In this document: positions 10,601 to 19,372 of the stretch, piece after piece | Layout: each line of letters begins with the position of its first letter | Position numbering within the stretch: the stretch's first letter is position 1 | Virus record (IMG/VR): IMGVR_UViG_3300043425_001539 | Coordinates: 1-64,000 of that record | Direction: 5' to 3' (one strand) | Length of the DNA stretch: 64,000 nucleotides | Notes under the pieces: generated by a model | What the model was told of the DNA's origin: nothing | What the model saw: only the letters and a program-made list of their open reading frames with translations | Databases searched by the model: none | Position numbers and translations under genes: made by a program

Positions 10601-11018
10601 CAAATGCAAATAAAGGTGCTGTGACAGCAACCAATACCATTGCTCCTACAAATTGTAAAATATTTTGACTAATTGCTGTATAAAAATTAATCATTTTTGC
10701 AGATAAATCATCGGTATCAATTCCTTCAATATTTTTTGCTGTATCTTTAATCCCTTCGGATAATGTAATAACAAATCCTTTAAGTTTATCCCCTGCTTTA
10801 GGATTAAGTTTTTCAGTTTGCTTAATTAATGTAGAAAGTGACGATGCCATTCCTCCTACTGCTGCGGCATCTTTTCCATTTTCTTTGCTTTCGTTACTTT
10901 CAACTTGTGCTTGTCCGCCGCCAACACCTTTTTTATTGGGGTTTAAATAACTTTCAATCTTGGCCGTTAAAGATACGAGTTGAGTTAGTTTATTATTTGC
11001 TTGTATGGCAACGGACAT
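7608..11018 (-). CDS. Tail tape measure protein
   Basis: 1136 aa, Ala/Gly/Leu-rich with a long hydrophobic block and internal repeats; follows the tube and chaperone genes. Confidence 0.75.
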   Translation of the reverse strand: MSVAIQANNKLTQLVSLTAKIESYLNPNKKGVGGGQAQVESNESKENGKDAAAVGGMASSLSTLIKQTEKLNPKAGDKLKGFVITLSEGIKDTAKNIEGIDTDDLSAKMINFYTAISQNILQFVGAMVLVAVTAPLFAFGILVFSLGVITMLKILSNAVAVSPKVFLGVVLINYLAKNVAKFVLTMTLVGLVAPLFALGVLVFALGVTALLKILSNAASVSVKTMLGLALLSYVLSNINSFSLAMVLIGITAPLYALGVMVFILSINAILKVLAKTATPEVMIGAKAIRSISLTTVLFSLTMLFIGSFAPKIALGAITVSLSILAVGGALYLIGKLNSKGDITKGSATLAALILPLIGFSAALLILSLIPGDPMDLALKIAVIGASIVVLGLAAYALGLVAPVTAIGAGILTLLAGSLVIFAGALFILFKTNFTKEQADNLAYTILELGKSLSLLGLMSPLIALGAAALIPATVALIPLTGSLAIFKTIGWTETDGVLLKNAVQSTVQAFSNALDGVGIQGMLKLVAAIPIIGMLGFSLSSIAMGIKSMASLTFTQMEWDDSQKKLVAKGQVKLTPEEIKAVGPNVASILNALIQPLTDFGQAAAEGSGLFKNGYLEKGIDASAKVGNIIGSIAKGVSEMANLSVIKYKVKNNQLVPYDIVKLSSPDFVKAGEGVKSVLEALVAPLTDFGKSAAEGSGLFKSGYLEKGIDASAKVGDIIGSLAKGVSDMANLNVVMYKVKNNQLVPYDVVKLGPADFVNAGNNVNALLTALTQPLEMFGKSWAEGGGWFSKGNIEKGIEGISEITDPISKLAKMITELAAGKATINELRNGKLVPVETISFAQAVPKAIESISNLLTTLPNVLTSFGNFYIAQKDIINESISGIKNVGNGIFEIANIGKMITERKTELDNAANVASMLVPASNSMMMVIKSYIEMQSLISSNDGGGLFKKQYSLTPLFTDLGNSLNAVQPGLEKLNPADILKFENLTKVIERLTTVVSPFEKFVKAFGTFSKDVGTFTKNWKNFTEKDAASFKIYGDVTEKISKVDVGKLKEALNALIVYEQQKLQVEIEKAKMIKESGADGSSSSVFDKLNNLLDSFVGGGETTSEGLSSEGGIISTPKIQVNGNIFVSGNIDKT

Positions 11019-11033
11019 TTCACAAGTTTATTT

Positions 11034-11321
11034 TTACATTAATTTACCTAAACTTCCCAATCCGCCTGAAGGCATTTTAAACGATGTTTTAGGTAAACTT
11101 CTTTGTGCATCATTCATCATTTTTGAAGCGCTGAATGACTGCGGCATATTTTTATCATACTCTTCTTCTTGCGCTTTTCTTTGTTTATTTTCATCTTCAG
11201 CATGTTTTTTCAAATTTTCAATTAAAAATTCTGCTCTATAAAATTCCATTAGTTCAAGCTCAGATGGCTGAAGCCGCACTATTTTAAGAAGAAGAAATTC
11301 CAACTCAAACCAATTCTCCAA
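11034..11321 (-). CDS. Tail/baseplate assembly chaperone C-part (T4 gp51-like or lambda T-like); possibly made by frameshift
   Basis: LENWFELEFLLLKIVRLQPSELELMEFYRAEFLIENL resembles gp51-like proteins; only a TTG start, overlapping the upstream gene. Confidence 0.55.
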   Translation of the reverse strand: MENWFELEFLLLKIVRLQPSELELMEFYRAEFLIENLKKHAEDENKQRKAQEEEYDKNMPQSFSASKMMNDAQRSLPKTSFKMPSGGLGSLGKLM

Positions 11322-12306
11322 AGATATCTGAAATAAGGAAAATAGACTTGAATCCTCCTGGAAAGTTCAAAGGACTAACCTTTTCGCCTCCCCCCGAGCT
11401 AATATATTTTATTTGCGGATTAATATAAGAAGTTAAAATCTCAATTAGTTTGTCAAGAACAGAAATTCTTTGTATGCTCCAAGTCAAGCTATCTTGCATT
11501 GCTTTATCGTAAGCAGCTTGTGTTAATGTTTTCCATTCAGGAAATAAAAATGGAGCATATTTTACAAATGCTTTATCAAAATTCTTATTTGCTTGTTGCT
11601 TTTGTTTAATATAGCTCTTAATGAAATTCATAGTTCCTAATGTAGGTAAATATAAATTAAAAGATTCACCGTTTTTCATTCTAATTTTAAAACACTTTTC
11701 AGTAGAATCATAATAATTCATTAATCGCTCATCAGGATTAAAATAATCTAAAAGATCTTTGGTTACTTCAATTTTTTCTTCAAAACCGTCATTATCCGTA
11801 ACATTAATCATTAGTTTATTTTCTCCATTTTTAAATGTAAAGTCTCTGATGGCAAAAATTAAATAAAATCTATCTATTTCTAATAAATCTCTATAATTGC
11901 CTGGTTTCCCTGGAACTTTAATCCTGCAACATTTTTCAATAATAAAATTTAACATATCATCGGTGGATAACAAGTCATTATCATCCATTGTTGACCAATG
12001 ACGAATTTCAGCAACGCTAGCAGCACGGATAGCTACTTGTGTTGTGTCTTGATAAAATAATCCTTTAGATGGCAATGATTCCATTGGAATATTTTTCCAA
12101 CCAATCTCTGCTGCTAATAATGTATCATCTTCAATATGCAAAAACTTTTGCGCTTTGCCAATAGATGTTGGTTTTTCTTGTTGGCTTTCTTGATTTTTTG
12201 CATTTAAATCAATTTCATTTTGTTCATTTTGTTGCGCGAATAATGCAGCTTCTCGTTCAATTTTATTCTGAAGCTCATCACCGTCCATAAATTCTTTTTC
12301 GTTCAT
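11305..12306 (-). CDS. Baseplate hub/tail assembly chaperone (T4 gp26-like)
   Basis: LPSKGLFY and LLEIDRFYLIFAIRDFTF motifs; lies between tube and tape measure genes. Confidence 0.6.
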   Translation of the reverse strand: MNEKEFMDGDELQNKIEREAALFAQQNEQNEIDLNAKNQESQQEKPTSIGKAQKFLHIEDDTLLAAEIGWKNIPMESLPSKGLFYQDTTQVAIRAASVAEIRHWSTMDDNDLLSTDDMLNFIIEKCCRIKVPGKPGNYRDLLEIDRFYLIFAIRDFTFKNGENKLMINVTDNDGFEEKIEVTKDLLDYFNPDERLMNYYDSTEKCFKIRMKNGESFNLYLPTLGTMNFIKSYIKQKQQANKNFDKAFVKYAPFLFPEWKTLTQAAYDKAMQDSLTWSIQRISVLDKLIEILTSYINPQIKYISSGGGEKVSPLNFPGGFKSIFLISDIFGELV

Positions 12307-12368
12307 ATTGATAAAATTTTATTAATAATAGTATATATCTATGTTACATTTATAAGTAAGATTAAACC

Positions 12369-12399
12369 AAAAAAGGAAAGGCACCTTTGTGCCTTTCCT
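12369..12399 (-). terminator. Intrinsic terminator after the tail tube gene
   Basis: AGGAAAGGCAC/GTGCCTTTCCT stem with a U tract on the minus strand. Confidence 0.8.
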
Positions 12400-12437
12400 C
12401 TATTAAAAATACAATTTGTTTTATACAATTTGTTTTA

Positions 12438-13001
12438 TTAAAGAATAGTTTCTTCCCAGTAGTCTGCTCTAAGAGTGAATCCAGAAATTTTATAAATACC
12501 TGGTTCAGTAAAGTTTGCTTCATTTCCAAAACCTGCTATTGCAGTTGTTGGGAATACTGTTGGGAATGTTAATTGACGATAAATATCACCATTTTTATTA
12601 AAGTAATTTATTATCATTGGTCCACCTGAATAATCTCGTTTAAGACCCATACGTCCAGTAAGAGGATCATAAATAATATCACACCATTGCCGCAATGCTT
12701 TGTAAACATATGCACTATTTGCATCGTCAAGATTTACTTCAAAATCAAGAGTAATATCAACAGTTGTGCTATCAGGTGCTCCACCAGCAAACGATCTTCT
12801 TGCAAATTTATATGTTTGCTCTTGAACACCAGGAAGTTTATTTACCTCAATACCTCCAATGTTTGTAACATTTTCCATCACAAGCTGCCAATTCGATACA
12901 GCAGGTGGCGGAGTTAACAAAACTTCAAACTGTGATTGATACACAGGTTCAAATTTGTTCATCGAGGCAACCGAATTTCTATAATGTGGTAATCCTGCCA
13001 T
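12438..13001 (-). CDS. Tail tube protein (T4 gp19-like)
   Basis: 187 aa directly after the sheath gene; VYKALRQWCDIIYDPLTG..KRDY and VFPT motifs. Confidence 0.85.
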   Translation of the reverse strand: MAGLPHYRNSVASMNKFEPVYQSQFEVLLTPPPAVSNWQLVMENVTNIGGIEVNKLPGVQEQTYKFARRSFAGGAPDSTTVDITLDFEVNLDDANSAYVYKALRQWCDIIYDPLTGRMGLKRDYSGGPMIINYFNKNGDIYRQLTFPTVFPTTAIAGFGNEANFTEPGIYKISGFTLRADYWEETIL

Positions 13002-13031
13002 TTTATACTTTTATTTTTTTATTTTTTATAA

Positions 13032-16000
13032 TTATGCTGCGCTAAAACCGCCTGAACTAATTCCGCCTGTTTTTAGTACAGTAATTCTGTTAATGAATTT
13101 TTGTAATCCGCGAGAAGGCTCTATAGCAATATCAATTACGCCAAAGTTTTGGTCTATGATTTCTGCAGTATTATTGGTTTCATCCATGATAACAGAGTAT
13201 GCAAAAATTCCTCCACCGTTTCTGACTACATCCAAATAATTTTCAACGATTGTTTTAATTTCAAGTCGAGTAGTTGCATCATTAAATTCAAACAAATATT
13301 GTTGTAAAATTTCGATAACAGCTGTTTCGATAGTAATTAACAAGTCTCTTACGTGCAAATTATTAAATGCTGATAAAGTTCTTTGATATGCTGTTTGATT
13401 TGCAAAAATCATTGGACCAACATTTTTGACGTTGGTTATTGGGTTTAAGCCAAACGGCTCAAGATTTTCTCTATCAGACAACAGATAATCATATTCCATC
13501 CCAACAAATCTAGGGTTAGAAATTACACCTCTTCTTGGACCAGCTACGATTGCATAAGGAGTTCCATTAATAAATTTGCGAACAAAGTTATTTGAAACAT
13601 CAGCAGCGGGTGGAATACTCTTGTTTTTAGCATTCTCACGAATTATAAGATTTGGTGTAAATACGCCTATAAATTTTGCTCCTTGCTCTTCATCAGGTAA
13701 ACCCCAAACAAAAGATGGACCTAATGAAAGATTTCCTCCTGTTGAAATATAAAATGTATTTAATACAGGTGCAGGATTACCAGCCTGTGGGTCAGGCAAT
13801 TCAGTAAATCTTGGATCAGTACTTGCTTGAAATTCTGCAATTGACGGAGCATTAATAATTGCTAAACATTGCTGACGATTCTTTGCAAGGCGGCTAAGAA
13901 TTTGTTTAGACCCCATGTTTGGCTGAAGACCAAGATTGAAAGTATCAACAATATATCTAAATGTTATTACATCATCCGATGCAAGCGTTTTTGCAAGATT
14001 TGTGTTTTCAAGAACACCGTATATTTTATCAAGTTGCGCGTCGGTATTATTAGGCAAATGATAGTCGGTTAACGTAAATCCTGACAATGCAGTAAATTGG
14101 AAACGATCAGCAAATTTTTGAATTGATTGATAGCATGTAACATAAGTTAAACCGCTCGTTACCGTAGTTTTTGGCGTAACAAGTGTAGAATATTCAAAAT
14201 AAGGTACACCCGTAACAGGATCGGTTTTCTTAACTTTAGAAACTATCCGTGTCAAGAAAGTTTCAGTGTTATCCACTAAATAATCGCCAACCTCAATTTT
14301 AGCGCCGTTTGTTGAAGAAAGCTTAAACTTTTTACCTCCATCATAAAGACCCGGCGCTTCAATTTTGACGTTCTCGGATATGTTCTTTGCAATTGACGAG
14401 TAAAAAGCAACATAATTTAACGATCCGCCATCATCATATATGTTTGCATCTACGTAAGTTTCATTAACATCAGCAAATGTAGAATTTGCGGGCGTTAAAA
14501 GAGAACTGTCTGTAAACTGTTTAACGGATGCTCCTTTTAAGCCATAAGCAATACCGCTATATGCATCTACTATTCTGCTATAATTTGGTGTAGCAGCTAC
14601 ATAGTTAAATGATGAAGATCCTGATCCGTACTTAATTCTATCGCCGTCAATAACCAATTGATTATTAATATTATTAGCAAGAATTGCTCCTGGGTATGCT
14701 TCAATAATTGCATACTCAGCAATATTAGTATTATCTAAGTTAAATGCACCTGATACAACCGTTGCTGAAGTAGCCAATACTTCACCAGTAATTACCTTTC
14801 CATTTAAAAGAGTTACTTCAATAACATCGCCTAAAGTACCGCCATTAAAAGGATTACCTGTCGTTGTATCCACAACTCGTATTTTACCAAAATCAGCATC
14901 TGTTGTGTTGATTTCCCATCCTTTCAAATACCAAGAACCAGATATTGCGGTTGATGTTGTTACGTTATACAAGGTTACAAGATTTCCATTATCATCAGCA
15001 ACAGTTCCAGCAGGATTTAACAATGATACACCGTCAATTTTGCTGTAAGTATATGTAGGATTTAGGATATATGTAATTTCATCGGTTGTTGCAAGATCAG
15101 GTACTAAAAAATCTGCTTCATCAACGCTGACGTCAAGTAAAGTAATTGCTAAATCTGATGGCTGCAAGAATGAAGAAAATTCATCAGCAGCAAACCCAGC
15201 TGTACAAAATTTATCTCGATAAAAAGGAGCGCCTGTTGTTAACGTTGTTGCTACCGTAAGTTGAAACCCTCCTGTTATGCCAGTTACTGCATCAATTTCA
15301 AAATACTTAGCATATCCAGCTGCTTCAATTAAAATAATGTCGCCTGCCGCGGGAGTAAAAGATGGGAAGTTAACATTAATCTGATTTGCAATAGTTGGAA
15401 TTGTTAAAACTTCGCCTTCTTCTATATAGTTTGCAATATATGACGCATCGCTATTTAACGGATTACTCAACGGAGCAATGAAAAAATCTCCTGAATCAAT
15501 TATGTTATCTACTTTAACATAATCGCTTGGCGCTGCTGAATTGAACAAAGTATTTGTTCCATAAGTAGCAATTAATGAATTTGTATTTAATCCTCTCAAA
15601 AGAGCGTCATACATGGAAGGAGTAAATACCGTATCTGTAGGAACTGGTTTATAAACAACAAGTTGATTTAAGAATTTACCATTATTGCCTCCATAAGGAT
15701 ATGATGTTACATAAGGTTCTACAGAATCACCTGCAGTATCAAAAGGTTGAGCTAATTCATCGCCTGCTAAAGAATCTTGTCCATTGTACGAAAGAATGTT
15801 TTTAAGTGGCGTATTATATGAAAGAAAATCCAACACTTCATCAGTTGAATTTATTAATGAGTGACCTACCATATCTACTTTATAAGTAGAGTTTGCATAG
15901 TCATCAAGAGCCTTTTCATTAATGTTTAAAAACAATCCAGTAAGCGCGGTTGCTTGATTAACAATTACATCAATTGATTGATTAACGCCATTGTTATCAA

Positions 16001-16814
16001 TAAAGTTTGGTATTACACAACCTGTAAAAGTTCCAAGCAATGTTACGCCGTCAAGACTTAAAAAGTTTTCTAATTGGTTTGATTTAATGCCTCTTGCATC
16101 AAAATACTTAGACCAAACAGGATCTTTTGACAGCGAAGGTAAATCTGACCAATTTCCTTTGACTACAAATACATCAACAAAATAATCCGATACGTAATCA
16201 GTTGGATTAACGTATTCTGGAACATCGTCAGTTCCAAAATAATCTTGTGCTGTAATATTATACAACGAAGCATTTACAGATTTACGAATAATAATACTCG
16301 TTTCTTGTTGGCTTAAATTAACCAGGTTAAACAGTCTTCCTCTGTTTGCTGGTTTGCTATCAACAGTTGCCTGTAAATAATTTGTATCAGCAAACCAAAA
16401 TCTTTCTTTATTATAAAAAGAAGAAAGAAGGGCTTCTGTTACTGTTCCGTTTTCTCCAGCAGCTTCGAGTGAAAAAGACCTGTATTGAACAGCGTCTCCG
16501 CCTTCGTTTGCTGGAATGTTGTTAAGCGGAAGAAGATTGAGAGCAAATATTGGTGCTGATTGTAAGCACGTTTCAATCGCACGGTGAAAAAATGATCCAC
16601 GTTTTTCCAAGTATGCATCAATTGGTCCAAACACTCTTCGTGCTGTTGCAACGTCTCTTAAAAATACTGGAGCATTAAAAGGTCCTATACGAGAAAAACC
16701 TACCACAAGACGAACCGTTTGTGACGTAACCACTATTCTCTCAGACGCATCAAATTCTACGGTATAAACACCTGATGCCTTAAATTGGTTTAGATCAAGC
16801 GTGATTTTTGCCAT
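13032..16814 (-). CDS. Contractile tail sheath protein (gp18-like) with a large central insertion
   Basis: N-terminal ASGVYTVEFDAS..GPFNAP; C-terminal AGPRRG, LHVRDLLI, LFEFND..TR, DETNNT.EIIDQN. Confidence 0.9.
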   Translation of the reverse strand: MAKITLDLNQFKASGVYTVEFDASERIVVTSQTVRLVVGFSRIGPFNAPVFLRDVATARRVFGPIDAYLEKRGSFFHRAIETCLQSAPIFALNLLPLNNIPANEGGDAVQYRSFSLEAAGENGTVTEALLSSFYNKERFWFADTNYLQATVDSKPANRGRLFNLVNLSQQETSIIIRKSVNASLYNITAQDYFGTDDVPEYVNPTDYVSDYFVDVFVVKGNWSDLPSLSKDPVWSKYFDARGIKSNQLENFLSLDGVTLLGTFTGCVIPNFIDNNGVNQSIDVIVNQATALTGLFLNINEKALDDYANSTYKVDMVGHSLINSTDEVLDFLSYNTPLKNILSYNGQDSLAGDELAQPFDTAGDSVEPYVTSYPYGGNNGKFLNQLVVYKPVPTDTVFTPSMYDALLRGLNTNSLIATYGTNTLFNSAAPSDYVKVDNIIDSGDFFIAPLSNPLNSDASYIANYIEEGEVLTIPTIANQINVNFPSFTPAAGDIILIEAAGYAKYFEIDAVTGITGGFQLTVATTLTTGAPFYRDKFCTAGFAADEFSSFLQPSDLAITLLDVSVDEADFLVPDLATTDEITYILNPTYTYSKIDGVSLLNPAGTVADDNGNLVTLYNVTTSTAISGSWYLKGWEINTTDADFGKIRVVDTTTGNPFNGGTLGDVIEVTLLNGKVITGEVLATSATVVSGAFNLDNTNIAEYAIIEAYPGAILANNINNQLVIDGDRIKYGSGSSSFNYVAATPNYSRIVDAYSGIAYGLKGASVKQFTDSSLLTPANSTFADVNETYVDANIYDDGGSLNYVAFYSSIAKNISENVKIEAPGLYDGGKKFKLSSTNGAKIEVGDYLVDNTETFLTRIVSKVKKTDPVTGVPYFEYSTLVTPKTTVTSGLTYVTCYQSIQKFADRFQFTALSGFTLTDYHLPNNTDAQLDKIYGVLENTNLAKTLASDDVITFRYIVDTFNLGLQPNMGSKQILSRLAKNRQQCLAIINAPSIAEFQASTDPRFTELPDPQAGNPAPVLNTFYISTGGNLSLGPSFVWGLPDEEQGAKFIGVFTPNLIIRENAKNKSIPPAADVSNNFVRKFINGTPYAIVAGPRRGVISNPRFVGMEYDYLLSDRENLEPFGLNPITNVKNVGPMIFANQTAYQRTLSAFNNLHVRDLLITIETAVIEILQQYLFEFNDATTRLEIKTIVENYLDVVRNGGGIFAYSVIMDETNNTAEIIDQNFGVIDIAIEPSRGLQKFINRITVLKTGGISSGGFSAA

Positions 16815-16864
16815 TCTGCTTTATTTGTTATTTTTCTATTTATTTCTTTCATAAATAAATTTAA

Positions 16865-16874
16865 TCTATATATC
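16865..16874 (-). promoter_or_regulatory. Late-type promoter GATATATAGA upstream of sheath/tube
   Basis: Shared ATATATA motif. Confidence 0.55.
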
Positions 16875-16895
16875 TTTTAGATACCCACCTTTTTT

Positions 16896-18722
16896 TCATC
16901 TTCTTCGTTTTTCATATGCATTATTTATTAATTGTTGAGTCATCTGAAAAGGATCATCGCTGAATTGTTTAACTATTCTAAATGCATCTAAGAAATCATC
17001 AGCAGCTTTGTCACCTAGCGCCATTCGTTGGTCTATTGCTTGGATTGTTTTACTCGGTATTGTATCATACATATCTTCAACCATTTCAAAATAATCAATA
17101 GAATCAAATAATGCAACCATATTAACTACTGATAACGCAACATCATCATGCGCTATCTGTGATTCATATCTGCCAACATTATTTACACCAAATGCTGAAA
17201 GTTCTTCAAAAGTTCGAGGCTCATTAATAATAATTCTTCTGTCTTTTGCATAATTTCTCATTTCTCGGAAATAAGATTCTCGATTATCTTTTTGTAGCTT
17301 TATCCCAATTTTTAATTGGTCATTTGCCATTGACTGCTTTGTGTGTAAGAATATTTCTGGGTAATAATCTTTATTTTTAGCAATCCTATCAATAATTGCA
17401 TGCCCTTTAAAGTTTATTTCCAATATTATCTTTACACTTTCATAATGGAATAGTTCAAATGTTAAAATTTCTAAAACTTTTGCAACTTCTTCAACAGAAT
17501 GTGCATTTGATCTAAATAGTCCCACTTGCAAAAGTCTAAAAAACGAAGATTCATCAGCCCAATCTTTAGTTTTTCTAATTTTTGCCGGTGATTTAGGAAT
17601 AAGCTTAAATATATTAATGATTGAGTAATCTCTGCCTACGCCATCTCCTAAATCGACAGACAAAACAAATTTATCCCCGCGTTCATCAAAATCAACAGCA
17701 GGATCAAAGTTAGGGTGCCATTTAAGCATTGCACTTAAATCCGGGTAATCTAATAAAGCATCTAATTCCACCCACCGATATTCTTTGCATGTTTTTTTCA
17801 TTAACATCAAAGTATTATGATCAAATAATAATCTAGATGACGCTAAGAATTGATTACCATATTCTTGATTAAATAATTCTTCTGAACCTAAATTGGCAAT
17901 TTCGCGTTTCTTCCAGTCTTCGTCTCTCCCAGGTACTTGCCACCAATCAACTCTAATAGGCTTAAAGTTATTATTTCCTTCAATTGCGGATTGATAAATT
18001 TCATAAAATAAATTCATACCATTTGGTGTTGATGATATGATCATTCTTGAAACTTGTGAAGATGATAGTGTTGGGTAAATTGACCTATAAAAAGGCGATA
18101 AGAAATTGCTATGAATATGAGCAAACTCATCCGCATACAGTAAGTGAATTGTAAATCCAATCGCCGCGGTTTTGGTAGTTGCTTGAGAAAATAAACGATT
18201 CCCATTATCAAATCGCATACCTGTTATACCACCTGATACTACACCAGGCTTCATAAAATATGGAAGATTTTTTAAAATCGTTTTAATTTTATCTACTATC
18301 TCATTGGTAGTTGCCAATTTATTTGCAACTACTAATATATTTCTATCAGAGTGAAATGTTACATACCAGGCAATAAAAATTGAAGACGTAACGGTTTTAC
18401 CGATCTGTCGGCTGGCAAGCATAATTACAAAACGGTTATCTTGAAATGATTCAAGCATATCTTCTTGATATGGGCGCAACGTAATTTGCCGAATTCCTTC
18501 ATCGGTCATAGAGTGACAATACTTGTTACCAAAATAAACCACATCTGATGCGCATCTTGCTAATTCTGTCATTTCTTCTCGCGTATACTCAAATACCACA
18601 TCAGCAGCTTTTGTATCAATTTTACCGTCAAAAAAAGGAGACGTATCAGCTGTTAGACCGTTTTCAATACGTTCAATTTCTTCATTAATTCTTTTAGTGT
18701 TCCATATCTTCCCTTTCGCCAT
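16896..18722 (-). CDS. terL: Terminase large subunit (T4 gp17-like)
   Basis: LRPYQ, ASRQIGKT Walker A, LLYADEFAH Walker B, SSTPNG, nuclease DLGDG..DYS..HDD. Confidence 0.95.
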   Translation of the reverse strand: MAKGKIWNTKRINEEIERIENGLTADTSPFFDGKIDTKAADVVFEYTREEMTELARCASDVVYFGNKYCHSMTDEGIRQITLRPYQEDMLESFQDNRFVIMLASRQIGKTVTSSIFIAWYVTFHSDRNILVVANKLATTNEIVDKIKTILKNLPYFMKPGVVSGGITGMRFDNGNRLFSQATTKTAAIGFTIHLLYADEFAHIHSNFLSPFYRSIYPTLSSSQVSRMIISSTPNGMNLFYEIYQSAIEGNNNFKPIRVDWWQVPGRDEDWKKREIANLGSEELFNQEYGNQFLASSRLLFDHNTLMLMKKTCKEYRWVELDALLDYPDLSAMLKWHPNFDPAVDFDERGDKFVLSVDLGDGVGRDYSIINIFKLIPKSPAKIRKTKDWADESSFFRLLQVGLFRSNAHSVEEVAKVLEILTFELFHYESVKIILEINFKGHAIIDRIAKNKDYYPEIFLHTKQSMANDQLKIGIKLQKDNRESYFREMRNYAKDRRIIINEPRTFEELSAFGVNNVGRYESQIAHDDVALSVVNMVALFDSIDYFEMVEDMYDTIPSKTIQAIDQRMALGDKAADDFLDAFRIVKQFSDDPFQMTQQLINNAYEKRRR

Positions 18723-19371
18723 CTTTTAAGTTTTCTTTTGGTTTTGATGATGCTTTTCTTTCTGGTATTGCTTCACGCAATGTTTCAATCAAATGTCGGC
18801 TTCCTCTTATTTGAAATGTATTTTTATTTTCATTATGCGTTTCTTCGCCAGAATCAATTAAAGTAGGTTCTTCGGCTTTTTTGATGCGATAGTCCTCTTT
18901 AAGATTTTTATAATTATTTTCCATAATAACCATAAATTGCGCAAGATGTTTAACAATTTCCATTTTTGATCTCTGTAATGAAGACAGCACTTCAAATGTT
19001 CTTGGATGTAAATTCCCATTATCAATTTCCTCTAACAATTTGGTTATTGCATGTTCAGCGGTTTTCATTTGGAATAATAAATTTGAAACTGTAATTTTAT
19101 CAACTACATTTTTTTGCTGAATGTATGGGATTTCATTAATAATATACTTGTCCAAATAAAATTCGGCTATTGAATCTATAATATCATTAGCCTTTGTGTC
19201 CGTATCTATTTTTACACTTTCATAATTCATAAAGTTTGTAACGCGAGCAGGTAAAATACCTCTTGCTTCATCGACAAGATTAGTCATATCCTTTATATCG
19301 GAATTGACTAACTTTTCTAATTCATCTCGCAAATCAAGCTCTTTTCTTCGTTCTTCTGTTGGTTTTCTCAT
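18694..19371 (-). CDS. Putative terminase small subunit
   Basis: Helical; HPRTFEVL motif; overlaps the terL start. Confidence 0.5.
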   Translation of the reverse strand: MRKPTEERRKELDLRDELEKLVNSDIKDMTNLVDEARGILPARVTNFMNYESVKIDTDTKANDIIDSIAEFYLDKYIINEIPYIQQKNVVDKITVSNLLFQMKTAEHAITKLLEEIDNGNLHPRTFEVLSSLQRSKMEIVKHLAQFMVIMENNYKNLKEDYRIKKAEEPTLIDSGEETHNENKNTFQIRGSRHLIETLREAIPERKASSKPKENLKDGEREDMEH

Positions 19372-19372
19372 A

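Noticed and set aside
7615-11241. Plus-strand ORFs inside the tape measure gene (e.g. 9898-10500)
   Set aside because: Antisense frames kept open by hydrophobic codon bias; no promoter or motif support.
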